A stretch of 53,451 nt of DNA from a virus (Duplodnaviria; Caudoviricetes). The notes under the pieces were generated by a model, which ran no database searches, was not told the origin of the DNA, and saw nothing but the letters and a program-made list of their open reading frames with translations. Below, in pieces: positions 18,727 through 29,187 of the stretch. The stretch spans positions 1 to 53,451 of IMG/VR virus record IMGVR_UViG_3300042987_003044. One strand, 5' to 3'. Both the position numbers and the translations under genes were made by a program. The first letter of the stretch is position 1, and each line of letters starts with the position of its first letter.

Positions 18727-20129
18727 TAATATGTACCAAATGGATTTTTTTCAGAAAAATCTAAAATAGAGTCTGCTTGAATTTCTATTTCTAAATTTTG
18801 AGAATACTTATCATATATATCATAATTATTATATGAATTTACACTGTAAGTAGCTGATGAACTAGAACCTACCACAATTTCACCATTCAAAAATCCTGGA
18901 TTATTAGTATCAATACCCACCATAGAAACCTTGAGTGTTTTTGAACCCAAATCCCAAGATTTTACTCTTGCTTTAGTACCAGACTTGGATCCAACTACAA
19001 TTTCATTAAATATATAATTACCAAATCCAGTGATAATTGATGGATTTCCAATGGAAATAATTGGTGGGTTGGTTAAACTATATCCATATCCAGGATTATT
19101 AATTTTAACCGAGGATATTGTAGTTCCAAATCCTAAATATGCTGATGCAGTTGCGGTTTTACCAGTTCCTAAAATTGGAGATTGAATATTAATATTTGGG
19201 ATAGTTGAATATCCAACTCCACCATCTGTCACATTAATTGAAATTATTCCATATTTATCAGTTTCTATATCACATGTTACTGCAGCACCAATACCTCCAC
19301 CACCAACTATGGAAACTGTTGGTGCTATAGTATATCCAAATCCAGCATTAGTAAATATTATATCTTTAATTGATCTTGACCCGGCAATACTTGTTGTTAT
19401 TGCTATAGCTTGTGCAGTGCCGCCAGATTGTGGAGAAGGTGAAAAAATTACAGATGGTGTAGAAGTATAACCACTACCATCTTGATTGATATAAACATTT
19501 TTGATATATCCTGTACCTAATACAGCTTGTGCTGATGCAGTTCTACCAACTCCAGAAAGATTAATTGTTGAAATATATCCTTTATCTTGAACAAGAGTGT
19601 CAATCTCTTCTTCGGTGGTATCAATAACTTCATCCTCATACTCAAATAGTTCACATTTTATTTCATAGACATACGTTTTTCCCAATTGGTAAAATGGTTG
19701 CTCATGCTCAACAAATTTAACTTCAAATAATCTTTTCCCTAAAGGAAAATAAATTAAATCTCCTTCTCTGGGTCTTGTTGAAACTAATATTTCTTCTTCA
19801 TCCATAGATGATAAAAATGGAGAAATAAAATCTTCAAACCTTTCTTTTGAAATAATCAAGTTAAGTTCATCTCTTAAACTCATTCCAAATTTGGTTAAAA
19901 TATCTCCAGCTCCCGAATAACCATCATAGCTTGAAACATAAGCCTCAAGTAAAAAATTATCATCAAATTTTGAAGAAACTACTTCTCTCATAATAGTTTC
20001 TTTTCTAACAAATTTTCTTGGTATATAAGAAATTTCTACACCATAAATTTTTAACTGTTCATTTATTAAATCTTGAACTAGTCTTTGTTCTCCTGGAGAA
20101 CCTTGAAGAAAAAAGGGATTGAGTGCCAT
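18726..20129 (-). CDS. gp14: Neck protein with inserted Gly/Thr-rich repeats
   Basis: RPREGDLIYFP and FEVKFVEHEQPFYQLG motifs; C-terminal DFSEKNPFG. Confidence 0.93.
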   Translation of the reverse strand: MALNPFFLQGSPGEQRLVQDLINEQLKIYGVEISYIPRKFVRKETIMREVVSSKFDDNFLLEAYVSSYDGYSGAGDILTKFGMSLRDELNLIISKERFEDFISPFLSSMDEEEILVSTRPREGDLIYFPLGKRLFEVKFVEHEQPFYQLGKTYVYEIKCELFEYEDEVIDTTEEEIDTLVQDKGYISTINLSGVGRTASAQAVLGTGYIKNVYINQDGSGYTSTPSVIFSPSPQSGGTAQAIAITTSIAGSRSIKDIIFTNAGFGYTIAPTVSIVGGGGIGAAVTCDIETDKYGIISINVTDGGVGYSTIPNINIQSPILGTGKTATASAYLGFGTTISSVKINNPGYGYSLTNPPIISIGNPSIITGFGNYIFNEIVVGSKSGTKARVKSWDLGSKTLKVSMVGIDTNNPGFLNGEIVVGSSSSATYSVNSYNNYDIYDKYSQNLEIEIQADSILDFSEKNPFGTY

Positions 20130-20962
20130 TATCCAATTATATCTAGTGGTGGTAGTTCATAATCCATAGACATCCTTGATTTTATTTCTTCCAGTTCTCT
20201 TTGACCATCTTCATATATTTCTCTACCATTTAACTCTATTCCTCCAGGAAGTTTAACTCCACGGAATTTGATTAGATTTTGACCCCACTGTTTTTTTAAT
20301 AGAGCTGTTAAATATTTTTTCAAAAATGAATCATTATATACTTTCGTGAAATTATTTGGATCTAATATTCTATAACATTCAATAACCATATAATTACCTG
20401 CACTTTGAGCACCCCAATCAATATCCAAGTACAGTCTATTTTGCCTCTTATTAAATCTTACTTGCTTATCGGTTGTTAATAGAAAATCAATATCTTCTAG
20501 ATAACTTTTTACCATTGCATATTGCAGTAATTCTACCGAATTAAAATAATACAAATCATTTAAAAATAATTGATACTTAATACTAAACATTCCACCAGAA
20601 ATTGAACTTGTATCAAACTTAAATACCTTTTCTATACCTACAATAGAATCTGGAACTTGTATATAATTGGCAGTTTCCTCAAATTGAAATGTTTTTTGAA
20701 CTCCATTTATTGTAGATGTTCCTGTGCTAGTAACAATTCCGATAGAATTTTTGGAAGATCCTCTATCAATATCTTCTTGTGTGATTTTGTACTTTAAATA
20801 CATTTTTTCGACACCATCAAAGTGTCTTTCATAAAAATATTGCAAGGCATCATCAACGAGATCATCTATCTGATCATCATCTACATTTATTTCTAAGACA
20901 GGAGCTCCCAAACGTCTTAAACAATAATCTATTAATTCTTGCCTTGACGCTGGCTTTGCCAT
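20129..20962 (-). CDS. gp13: Neck protein
   Basis: YCLRRLGAPVLEINV and KQWGQNLIKF..LPGG motifs. Confidence 0.95.
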   Translation of the reverse strand: MAKPASRQELIDYCLRRLGAPVLEINVDDDQIDDLVDDALQYFYERHFDGVEKMYLKYKITQEDIDRGSSKNSIGIVTSTGTSTINGVQKTFQFEETANYIQVPDSIVGIEKVFKFDTSSISGGMFSIKYQLFLNDLYYFNSVELLQYAMVKSYLEDIDFLLTTDKQVRFNKRQNRLYLDIDWGAQSAGNYMVIECYRILDPNNFTKVYNDSFLKKYLTALLKKQWGQNLIKFRGVKLPGGIELNGREIYEDGQRELEEIKSRMSMDYELPPLDIIG

Positions 20963-21009
20963 TTTTTTCTCCAGTAAGTACAGTGAAAATCACTAAAAAC
21001 CCTAAAAAA

Positions 21010-21017
21010 TATTTATA
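21010..21017 (-). promoter_or_regulatory. Late promoter TATAAATA for the gp13 operon
   Basis: Exact consensus, intergenic. Confidence 0.8.
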
Positions 21018-21019
21018 AT

Positions 21020-21316
21020 CTAATATTCGCCGCCATCTAAATCAATATTACAAGGTCTATCCAAATCTGTATCAAGAGCATTGATAAACTCACAAGGTAA
21101 TCCTGGAGAAATAGGTTCAGTAACAGATGCTATTAATACTTCATCTGGATTTACAAACTCATACAACCCAGTAGTTGAATTAAACATTAACAAATACTTA
21201 TCGTTTAAATTTCTAGTATCAACATCTCTAATATCATTTAGAGAATTTGCTAGTGAAGAAGCAGAAACAACTTTTACTGCATTTTGTTGTCCAACTCTAA
21301 CTCTAATGTCTGACAT
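21020..21316 (-). CDS. Hypothetical virion protein
   Basis: LNDIRDVD fibre-type repeat and C-terminal LDGGEY; coupled to the upstream gene. Confidence 0.65.
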   Translation of the reverse strand: MSDIRVRVGQQNAVKVVSASSLANSLNDIRDVDTRNLNDKYLLMFNSTTGLYEFVNPDEVLIASVTEPISPGLPCEFINALDTDLDRPCNIDLDGGEY

Positions 21317-21657
21317 TATCTTGTCACTCCTTCTCTGACTAGAACCATCCCTTCTATAACCCTAGATTTTTTCCCGAAAGTATCAGTAATGACAACATCA
21401 TAAACATATCTCCCCGGTTTCAAATTATTTGTTTGTGATGTTGTCAATCCTATTCTAATCTGACCAGCAGGTCCATTTGCTATTGTAGATGCAAATGATA
21501 TTGACGTTGAACTGGCAGAATGTTTTCTTAGTTGAGACTTAACTGTATAACTTGTTAAATTTAGGGGATCATTGGTATTTGTATTTTCAAGAGTAAAAAA
21601 TTGATCAAAGTCTGTACCGGCATTAACAATTAAATTGTTTACATATACTGCCGCCAT
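21316..21657 (-). CDS. Ig-like / BppU-N-like virion protein
   Basis: GTDF...LKPGRYVYDVVI...RVIEG pattern; TATAAATA at 21686-21693. Confidence 0.7.
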   Translation of the reverse strand: MAAVYVNNLIVNAGTDFDQFFTLENTNTNDPLNLTSYTVKSQLRKHSASSTSISFASTIANGPAGQIRIGLTTSQTNNLKPGRYVYDVVITDTFGKKSRVIEGMVLVREGVTR

Positions 21658-21685
21658 TATTGGTTATTATTAAATGTTCTAAAAA

Positions 21686-21693
21686 TATTTATA
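21686..21693 (-). promoter_or_regulatory. Late promoter TATAAATA
   Basis: Exact consensus, intergenic. Confidence 0.8.
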
Positions 21694-21700
21694 ATTACTA

Positions 21701-21886
21701 TTAGGCATTAATATTACTTAGGGATAAGATTGTTTCCTGCTGTTTTAGATATAGTCTAAGATACATTTTTGAGAATTTTTTCAAATCATCTAATCCTAAA
21801 GAATCAATAAATCTAGATTGTCTTTCATATTCAAATAATTTATCAATAGATGATAATTCAATATCACTTGGTTCCATTATTTCCAT
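21701..21886 (-). CDS. Small helical protein, possibly NblA-like phycobilisome degradation adaptor
   Basis: About 60 aa, predicted helix-loop-helix; IELS..DKLF...R.ID....DDLK......RLYLKQQ resembles the NblA pattern; GGAG SD present. Confidence 0.45.
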   Translation of the reverse strand: MEIMEPSDIELSSIDKLFEYERQSRFIDSLGLDDLKKFSKMYLRLYLKQQETILSLSNINA

Positions 21887-22085
21887 TTAAAATCTCCCTT
21901 AGTAAAAATTTAATTTCATTAATATCTTTTTTTAATTGGTCAATTTCCTCCCTTTCCTTTAATCTATTATTTTTTATTTTAATATATTGATTATATTCGT
22001 TAGTATCATAATTAACAATAGCTCCACTCTTTCTATCTCTATATAAGGTCTTAGATCCTTCAACTGGTATTAAATCTTTATCCAT
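21864..22085 (-). CDS. Small conserved hypothetical protein with a C-terminal coiled coil
   Basis: VEG...LYRD..SGAIVN motif; directly follows the VrlC-like gene. Confidence 0.75.
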   Translation of the reverse strand: MDKDLIPVEGSKTLYRDRKSGAIVNYDTNEYNQYIKIKNNRLKEREEIDQLKKDINEIKFLLREILNGNNGTK

Positions 22086-22086
22086 A

Positions 22087-25000
22087 TTATGCTAATGCTA
22101 TAGTTCTCAAATCTTTAAATTTGGGAATCTTAGATTCATTTGTAGATGACATTACTATTTTAATGGCATATGAAGTAAATGGATCTAAATTATCAATAGA
22201 ATATTGATATTCGGAAAATTCATTTACCCTATTTGATGAAACAAATGCATCAGATCTTCCACTATTTAATGTAGAATCTAAAATAAAATCTCCAAATCCA
22301 TCGCCATCAGTGTCCTTAAGATTATCATATCCTGGGAATAATTCAAATGATGGTACAGTTTCTCCAGATCCATTTCTAAAAATTTGATATAAAACTCTAA
22401 AATCACATTCATCTGGTCTATATGCTGCTAAAATAACTTTTAACGATGTTGCTGGTTGTTTGAGACTTATCTTATTTGAAATGTAAATAGACGTGTGGGG
22501 ATCACCAGAAACTAAATTAACTCTATTATCTTTAGCGTAATCTGAAATAGGATTATTAATCCTATTTCTATTCAAAATAACAAATCCATTTTGAGTATCT
22601 AATACAGGAGAAAGATTCGGATCATTTGATGAAAGTGTTATTTTAGTTGTAAATGATTTTTTACTAGGTAGATTTGAAAGATATTCATCCTCATTAACTC
22701 TTGAGCAAATCATCCTTGTTGATGAAAGATAATTAATTTTATTTAATTCAACTGACTCAAATCCAGAATCTAAGAATGATTCTTCGGATCCACCTGAACT
22801 CGTTGATGTTGTAGTTCTTATTTGAGCACTAATCTTTGTAGATTGTCCAGGAGTTATAAGTGAAAATTGTGGAATGACAGAATCAAATTGAATGTTTTGT
22901 GTTGCCGATACATTATCTCCACCTATAATACTTCCAGTCTTAAAACTAAGTTGAGAAGAACCACTCGACCTAGTTTCCCTTGAAAATTGAAGGTGATAAG
23001 TATCAAAATCTCTTAGTGATTTTAATAATGGATCATTAGGCATTGTATGATCTGTATTAATCCTTAATAAGGATACACCATTTAGTTCATACTTAAATAC
23101 TTGTGCTCCACCATCATGTGCCGTGATTGGTGTGTTATTTACGCCTCTTGTTTTAATGTTTAAAGTATTTCCAGTAATATTATCATATTCTATAACTTCG
23201 TCATCAACTAAAATATATCCCGTAGAAGTAGAAATTCCTTCAAAAGTTGAAAAAGATGATGCATTAACAACTTCTATTGATGTTGAAGTGACATTAAAAT
23301 CAGAGTTTAACGTTGTTGGAATTGTATCTGGAAAAACTCCAGAAATTTTGACCTTATTAACGTCAGAATGCATTCCATGATTAAATTGAGTAATTTCTAT
23401 AACATTACCACTATAGAGATTGTTAATAGTTGTTGATGAAGTTGTATATGTATTGGCTATTCCAACCCATGAATTTCCAGATTTATAATATAATGTTGTA
23501 GTGGGTGTTTCGTAAAAACTTTCACCTTGAACATCGCTCAAATATAATGTATCAATTCCATTAATTGCATTAATTGAAATTTGAGCACCTTTACCTTTGC
23601 TTACAGATCCTGTTGTAACACCTACAATATCGCCTACAGTATATCCATTTCCGGAAGAACCTACAGATACTGAAGAAACTACTCCGCCACTAACAGTAAC
23701 TGTTCCGGTTAAACCAGAACCATTTCCAGTTATACTATACAATGGAACGTTTGTAAATGTACCATTACTATAACCAATTCCTGGGTTAGATATTGATAAT
23801 GCTGTAACATTAGATCCCACATTTTCAATGGATCCATGTACGGAAGATCCCCCTGCACCAACTATTCTACCAATATTTAAAATAGATGACATATTTGTTG
23901 TAGTTACAATCCCAACTCTCAATTTCCTTGGGAAAGTTTTAATAGCATTCTCAACTAATCTTGGTAGATTTAAATCGTTAGTTGATAAATTAGGATTGTA
24001 ATAAATTACATCTCCAATTTTTGAAGTAAAGTTTGCTTTATATAACTTAAACTTCATATCTTCATATTGTGAAGCTGTCCATATAGTTCCATTCTGTGAT
24101 TTAAACAGACTCCCGCCAATATATTGCTTAGTTACAATTGTAGATTCAACATCGGGAAAATCCTGTGTATTTACTGTCACTTCTCCGGTTTTTGCAATCC
24201 AAAGTTCATTATTATTTGTTGTTGGTGATAGCACTACAATTGCATACTCTGTATTTGGTTGCAAATATATTGGAGATGGAAACTTAACATTTGTCGCAAT
24301 TGATGCATCATCAGACACTTCAATATCAGAAGGATCTAATATGGCCCTAGCATAATCTTGAACTAAGTCTGCAGTAGGTGTTCCTAATTCAACAGTACGA
24401 ATTTCTACATAAACGTTTTCTGTTGAATCCTTCTTAGCAAAGAATAAATCCAACGAAGTTAAAAATGCCCCAGTTTCATCAACAGTAAATGATTGGGCAA
24501 GGGGATCTTTGCCTCTTCTACGTCTTCTTGGTTGTGGGGGGCGAGGTCTTACTTGAACTATAGATTCTTCAGTAGTTACTACAACACCAGAAGCATTGTA
24601 AATTCCAATAGCATCACTTTGTGGGGAAGAAAATTCATCGTTATTTTGGCTAGCGGTTATTTTTAAAGTACTATCCCCTGTTGGTATTTTAAATGAAATA
24701 GGAACATCTCTATTTGTAAAATCAGGAATATAAAAACAACCTGATATTTGACCATTGATATCCGAAACCAATCTAATATTTGTAACTACTGCAGTTGCAC
24801 CACTAGTCTCACCAATAATTTGCTGTCCAACCGATAAAAATCCTCCAAATTCTCCAAGTGATTCTTCGGATAAAGAAGAAGTATCAATATTTAATATCGT
24901 TGATGTTGCAGAATATGTTGATGATAAAATTTGAGAAGTATTATATGGACTTGATGTATATTTTTTTGTTGGATTGTTGTATGGTCCAAATTTATGATTT

Positions 25001-28000
25001 GGTTGAGCACATCTTCCTCTAAAAGTTAGACGACGACCTTTAGAACTTTGCCCAAAAATAGTTTCACCTACCTCAAAAATTCCAGATGTCATTGAAATTT
25101 CAATTAGTTTTGGAACAACGAAGATAGAACTTGAATTGTTGATGAATGGATAATGTTGAGTTAAAGATCTTAAACCCCCTGCTCTGAATTCTACATTTCT
25201 TTCTCTAGCATAAGATTCTTCTTGAACAGTTGTTTTTAAAGATTCGACGTAATCATATGGTTTTGTTCTTCTATTTGCCAGTACAGTCCTAGATCTTGAT
25301 ATATAAACATGCCTAACCCACTCATCTCTTGAAGGATTTAATACTATAGACCCTTTATACTCTATATAATTGAATGGATTTACATTTTCGGTTCTTGAAG
25401 CAAATGGTTGCTGTATCCATGTTTTTTCTGTATAATTTAATGTAATTAAATCCCCAGTCTTTCTGACATTTTTATCAAGTAAAACTAAATCATCAGAATA
25501 ATCTGCAGTTTCTGGATTTATACTAGGATCTAATGCCAATTGAGGTTTAATTGACCATAAATGTGACATTGGTAAGAGATTTTTCTTTTCCGTATCAACA
25601 GAACACTGAACATCACTATTCGTTTTATCTAATAAATCATTATTTTTAAAATCATCTACAAAAAATCCAGATTTAAATCTAGATAAACCGTCAGCATCTT
25701 GTATTTGTAAAGTTTTTGTATCTAACTCCAGTAACGAAAGTGATGTAATTTCTTCTAGGTTTTTAATTCTAGTTTCAATACCACCAATATCCCTCATCGT
25801 ATATCTTCTATTGTCAATTAGTTTAATTTTAACATTATTAATCTGAGAGTCATATAAGTATGCAGGTAACTCAATAGAAGCAATATCCATTGCTTCTTCA
25901 ATATTAGTAGGTTCCTTCGGATTTAATGACGATACACCTTTTATCAGAGACAATTGCCCTAGTTTGTTCAAAACAACTTTATCAATTCTAGGCAAGTAAA
26001 AACTATATCCAATTGAGGAAGATTCTCCAGGAGTTATAACAACATTTGGAGTTATTGACGTTGAAGTTCCAAAAGTTTTATTTTCATAATAAAATGGTGA
26101 TGAAGTTGTAGATGTAAATTCAGAAACCCTTGGTCTAAAATCTATTATATCACTACAGCGTAATGTAGTTATTGAACTTCCATTTGAATAATTCACTGAT
26201 GGTATATCTTTGTTATACCTATCTGAACCATATGAATCGACTGTGTAAATGTCACCATTATCGTTGGATGGTATCTCATAAGCATCAAATATTACTAATA
26301 ATTGTTTATTTGGTGCTGAAAATTGAGATTTTCTAACTATTTTAGAATAATCATAATATTCATTTTTTTGACCTTTATCCAGATCATATCTATTTGTGAT
26401 ATTTAAATAATTGCCAAAAACTATACTTTGTATAGATAAACTAATTGCAGACTCTTGAAAATCTACTATTTCCCCAGCAATAAATTTCTTATTGTTTAAA
26501 TAAACAAATTCTATGCTATTTGAAAATCTAGTAACTATTTGTGCTATAGATCCTGATGTTTTACCAATTATTTTTTCACCAAGAACAGATTCTGTCGATA
26601 AGTTAATTCCAGATGGGAATACTAGAGAATCTAAAGTTGGTTGAGATGTATTTAAAGATTCATAAACACACAAAATATTTACAACATCTGGAACATTAAG
26701 AGAAATTTCAGAATCTTCTACACGTAGTCCATAATATTGATTATAAGTCACTCCATTTGTTATTGTAGAAACACCAGAAACTGACTTGTTTATAATTATT
26801 TTTTTGCTACGAGAAAGATTCTTAGATTTACTTCTTACTAAAGTTTTATTTAATGTAACATTAGCAGTTATATTTGATTGACTTGGTAATAATCCTGAAA
26901 AGGTTACCTGAGATCCAGCATTATTTACATCCACTTGATCAGAAGTCAGAGGCTCTATAGTTCCATTACTATATGAAATTGAATATCTTTCTTCATCAAA
27001 TGCTGTAAAATAAGTACTTGTGATTCCTGCGATTTCCGAGTTAGTTATTGTAAGATTTCCATTAGAATCTGTAGTTTTTCCTTTAACTTGATATGATATA
27101 ATTAAATTTGACCTACCTAAATCTACAGAAGAAATATTTGTATGTGCTAGTGGAGTATATAAAGAAGATTTTTCCTGATCCCTCAATATTGGATCAACAA
27201 TGCTGAAGTTTGTTAAAATATTTGATGGTATTGCACCATCAGATACTGACGTGACAGTAGTTCCTTGCCCTATTGTCAATGTAGATCCATCAGAAGATAC
27301 TGATACTACTCTATTGTAAGTAGGTACAGACTTGTCAGATCTTTGATATTTAATGATAGAATCACTTCTAATTCCAAGAAATGATTTTCCGGGACAAGTT
27401 GCAATTCCTGTTGATCCCAAATTAGTTATTGATATACTATCACCTATATTAAATCCTTGTTGTACTTTATTATAGAGAACTGTATCTGCTATAAAATCTG
27501 TTGGTATTAATCCAGATGATACCGATGTAGTATCTTGATATACTGATTTTATATCTTGACTATTATACTTTATTAATGATTTTATATTTCTTGAATATAA
27601 CTCTGCACCATTTATTAATATTTGCTCACCTTTAATAAATGATCCAGAAACTTGTGTCAATGTTATTGTTGAAGAACTTGCATCTGCAACAGTAAATCCA
27701 GAAGCTCCGGAGCTAACACCCTTAATATATGAAGATTTTGGACATTCGGATGAATTTAAACTTTCATTTAAAGTTAGAGAAGTATATATTTGAACATCAA
27801 ATAAATACAAATCCCAAATTGAGGCGTTATCTGAGTAAGCCGCATCAGTTAAACTATGGGAATATACTCTTGCCTGTCCGATATTGGTTCCTGTCCCAGA
27901 AGTTGTTGAAGATGATCTTCTTTGATTGTAAAAATATACAATATTATTTGAAGTGCTAATGCCAACTAAAGGAGTTCCATATACATTATTAACTTTAAGT

Positions 28001-29184
28001 AAATTTCCCATTTCAAATGGGACAAATGAAGACTCTGATGAGGTTTCTCTAGGTTTTTCAACATCTAAAATAGTGTTTTCGGAAATATCAATATCATATC
28101 CATATACATATGCCTTTATTGGAGAAATATTTACGCACAATAAATCATCTGAAGGTGTATTTCCGTTGACAGTTTTTTGATCTAGGTTATAAATTCCATT
28201 ATTAGAAATACCATCACTTAGTGAATTTTGAACACTAACATTTGTCGGTATAATTGTATAATTTCCAGACTCTTCATAAGTTCTCTTAGCAAAATAATCT
28301 CTTATTATAGAATATGATGATTTATCTTGAATCTTTTTGACTTCCCCATCAACTATTTTAATTATTTCAATAAAATTTTTATCATCAAAGTCATCTAATT
28401 CTTTTTTGGTTAATTCTGTAGAAATTCTAAACCTATCTGCACCTGGAGCAGAAAAATTAGAGAATCCGGATGCATTGTCATTTAAACTTTTATCTTCATT
28501 CGATGTTACGATTTCTTCAAAGACAGTAAATCCTACTCTATAAGATGTTTTGTTTGAATAAGGATCTAATATAATCTCAGATTTTGAAACATTTACAAAA
28601 GAACCTCTTATAAAATAAACACCATCATTAACTCCAACTGAAGATCCAACAGCGGTTGAATTAATACTAATAGTAGTTGCTACAGTATTATTTTGATTAA
28701 TAGTAGTGTTTCCATAAACAATATTTTCATTTACAATTAAATTTTCACCATCAACAAATTGTGAATTATTAAAATCAGAACCGGAACTTAAATACTTTAC
28801 ATATAAAGTAACATATTCAACTCCATTTTCCGGTGGAATATTATAATTAACAACCGTTGCTGTTGTGCCAGATACTGTTCCTGATATTTTTTTATTTACT
28901 AATTCATTGACATATAAAGAAACTGGAATTCCCAAATGTTCCGAATTTATTTTTACCGAATAATATTCAGAATCATAAGTAATTGATCCTGGAATTACAA
29001 GAGACCCATCTTTAAATATAGAACTTCCAAATGACTCTATTTGATTTTGTAATATAGATTGTAAAGTCGTTAATTCTCTAGATTGTACAGGATATCCTGG
29101 TTTAAATAAAACTTTATAAAAATTTTTATTTACATCAAAGTCATCAAAATATGGACTTACATTTAGATTAGTTTTTTGGGCCAT
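22087..29184 (-). CDS. Large virion structural protein, VrlC/DUF4815-like
   Basis: NLNVSPYFDDFD...VLFKPGYPVQSRELT, APGADR, RTYEESGNY, DPLAQSF, GSLFKSQNG and C-terminal KDLRTIALA motifs. Confidence 0.88.
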   Translation of the reverse strand: MAQKTNLNVSPYFDDFDVNKNFYKVLFKPGYPVQSRELTTLQSILQNQIESFGSSIFKDGSLVIPGSITYDSEYYSVKINSEHLGIPVSLYVNELVNKKISGTVSGTTATVVNYNIPPENGVEYVTLYVKYLSSGSDFNNSQFVDGENLIVNENIVYGNTTINQNNTVATTISINSTAVGSSVGVNDGVYFIRGSFVNVSKSEIILDPYSNKTSYRVGFTVFEEIVTSNEDKSLNDNASGFSNFSAPGADRFRISTELTKKELDDFDDKNFIEIIKIVDGEVKKIQDKSSYSIIRDYFAKRTYEESGNYTIIPTNVSVQNSLSDGISNNGIYNLDQKTVNGNTPSDDLLCVNISPIKAYVYGYDIDISENTILDVEKPRETSSESSFVPFEMGNLLKVNNVYGTPLVGISTSNNIVYFYNQRRSSSTTSGTGTNIGQARVYSHSLTDAAYSDNASIWDLYLFDVQIYTSLTLNESLNSSECPKSSYIKGVSSGASGFTVADASSSTITLTQVSGSFIKGEQILINGAELYSRNIKSLIKYNSQDIKSVYQDTTSVSSGLIPTDFIADTVLYNKVQQGFNIGDSISITNLGSTGIATCPGKSFLGIRSDSIIKYQRSDKSVPTYNRVVSVSSDGSTLTIGQGTTVTSVSDGAIPSNILTNFSIVDPILRDQEKSSLYTPLAHTNISSVDLGRSNLIISYQVKGKTTDSNGNLTITNSEIAGITSTYFTAFDEERYSISYSNGTIEPLTSDQVDVNNAGSQVTFSGLLPSQSNITANVTLNKTLVRSKSKNLSRSKKIIINKSVSGVSTITNGVTYNQYYGLRVEDSEISLNVPDVVNILCVYESLNTSQPTLDSLVFPSGINLSTESVLGEKIIGKTSGSIAQIVTRFSNSIEFVYLNNKKFIAGEIVDFQESAISLSIQSIVFGNYLNITNRYDLDKGQKNEYYDYSKIVRKSQFSAPNKQLLVIFDAYEIPSNDNGDIYTVDSYGSDRYNKDIPSVNYSNGSSITTLRCSDIIDFRPRVSEFTSTTSSPFYYENKTFGTSTSITPNVVITPGESSSIGYSFYLPRIDKVVLNKLGQLSLIKGVSSLNPKEPTNIEEAMDIASIELPAYLYDSQINNVKIKLIDNRRYTMRDIGGIETRIKNLEEITSLSLLELDTKTLQIQDADGLSRFKSGFFVDDFKNNDLLDKTNSDVQCSVDTEKKNLLPMSHLWSIKPQLALDPSINPETADYSDDLVLLDKNVRKTGDLITLNYTEKTWIQQPFASRTENVNPFNYIEYKGSIVLNPSRDEWVRHVYISRSRTVLANRRTKPYDYVESLKTTVQEESYARERNVEFRAGGLRSLTQHYPFINNSSSIFVVPKLIEISMTSGIFEVGETIFGQSSKGRRLTFRGRCAQPNHKFGPYNNPTKKYTSSPYNTSQILSSTYSATSTILNIDTSSLSEESLGEFGGFLSVGQQIIGETSGATAVVTNIRLVSDINGQISGCFYIPDFTNRDVPISFKIPTGDSTLKITASQNNDEFSSPQSDAIGIYNASGVVVTTEESIVQVRPRPPQPRRRRRGKDPLAQSFTVDETGAFLTSLDLFFAKKDSTENVYVEIRTVELGTPTADLVQDYARAILDPSDIEVSDDASIATNVKFPSPIYLQPNTEYAIVVLSPTTNNNELWIAKTGEVTVNTQDFPDVESTIVTKQYIGGSLFKSQNGTIWTASQYEDMKFKLYKANFTSKIGDVIYYNPNLSTNDLNLPRLVENAIKTFPRKLRVGIVTTTNMSSILNIGRIVGAGGSSVHGSIENVGSNVTALSISNPGIGYSNGTFTNVPLYSITGNGSGLTGTVTVSGGVVSSVSVGSSGNGYTVGDIVGVTTGSVSKGKGAQISINAINGIDTLYLSDVQGESFYETPTTTLYYKSGNSWVGIANTYTTSSTTINNLYSGNVIEITQFNHGMHSDVNKVKISGVFPDTIPTTLNSDFNVTSTSIEVVNASSFSTFEGISTSTGYILVDDEVIEYDNITGNTLNIKTRGVNNTPITAHDGGAQVFKYELNGVSLLRINTDHTMPNDPLLKSLRDFDTYHLQFSRETRSSGSSQLSFKTGSIIGGDNVSATQNIQFDSVIPQFSLITPGQSTKISAQIRTTTSTSSGGSEESFLDSGFESVELNKINYLSSTRMICSRVNEDEYLSNLPSKKSFTTKITLSSNDPNLSPVLDTQNGFVILNRNRINNPISDYAKDNRVNLVSGDPHTSIYISNKISLKQPATSLKVILAAYRPDECDFRVLYQIFRNGSGETVPSFELFPGYDNLKDTDGDGFGDFILDSTLNSGRSDAFVSSNRVNEFSEYQYSIDNLDPFTSYAIKIVMSSTNESKIPKFKDLRTIALA

Positions 29185-29187
29185 TTG

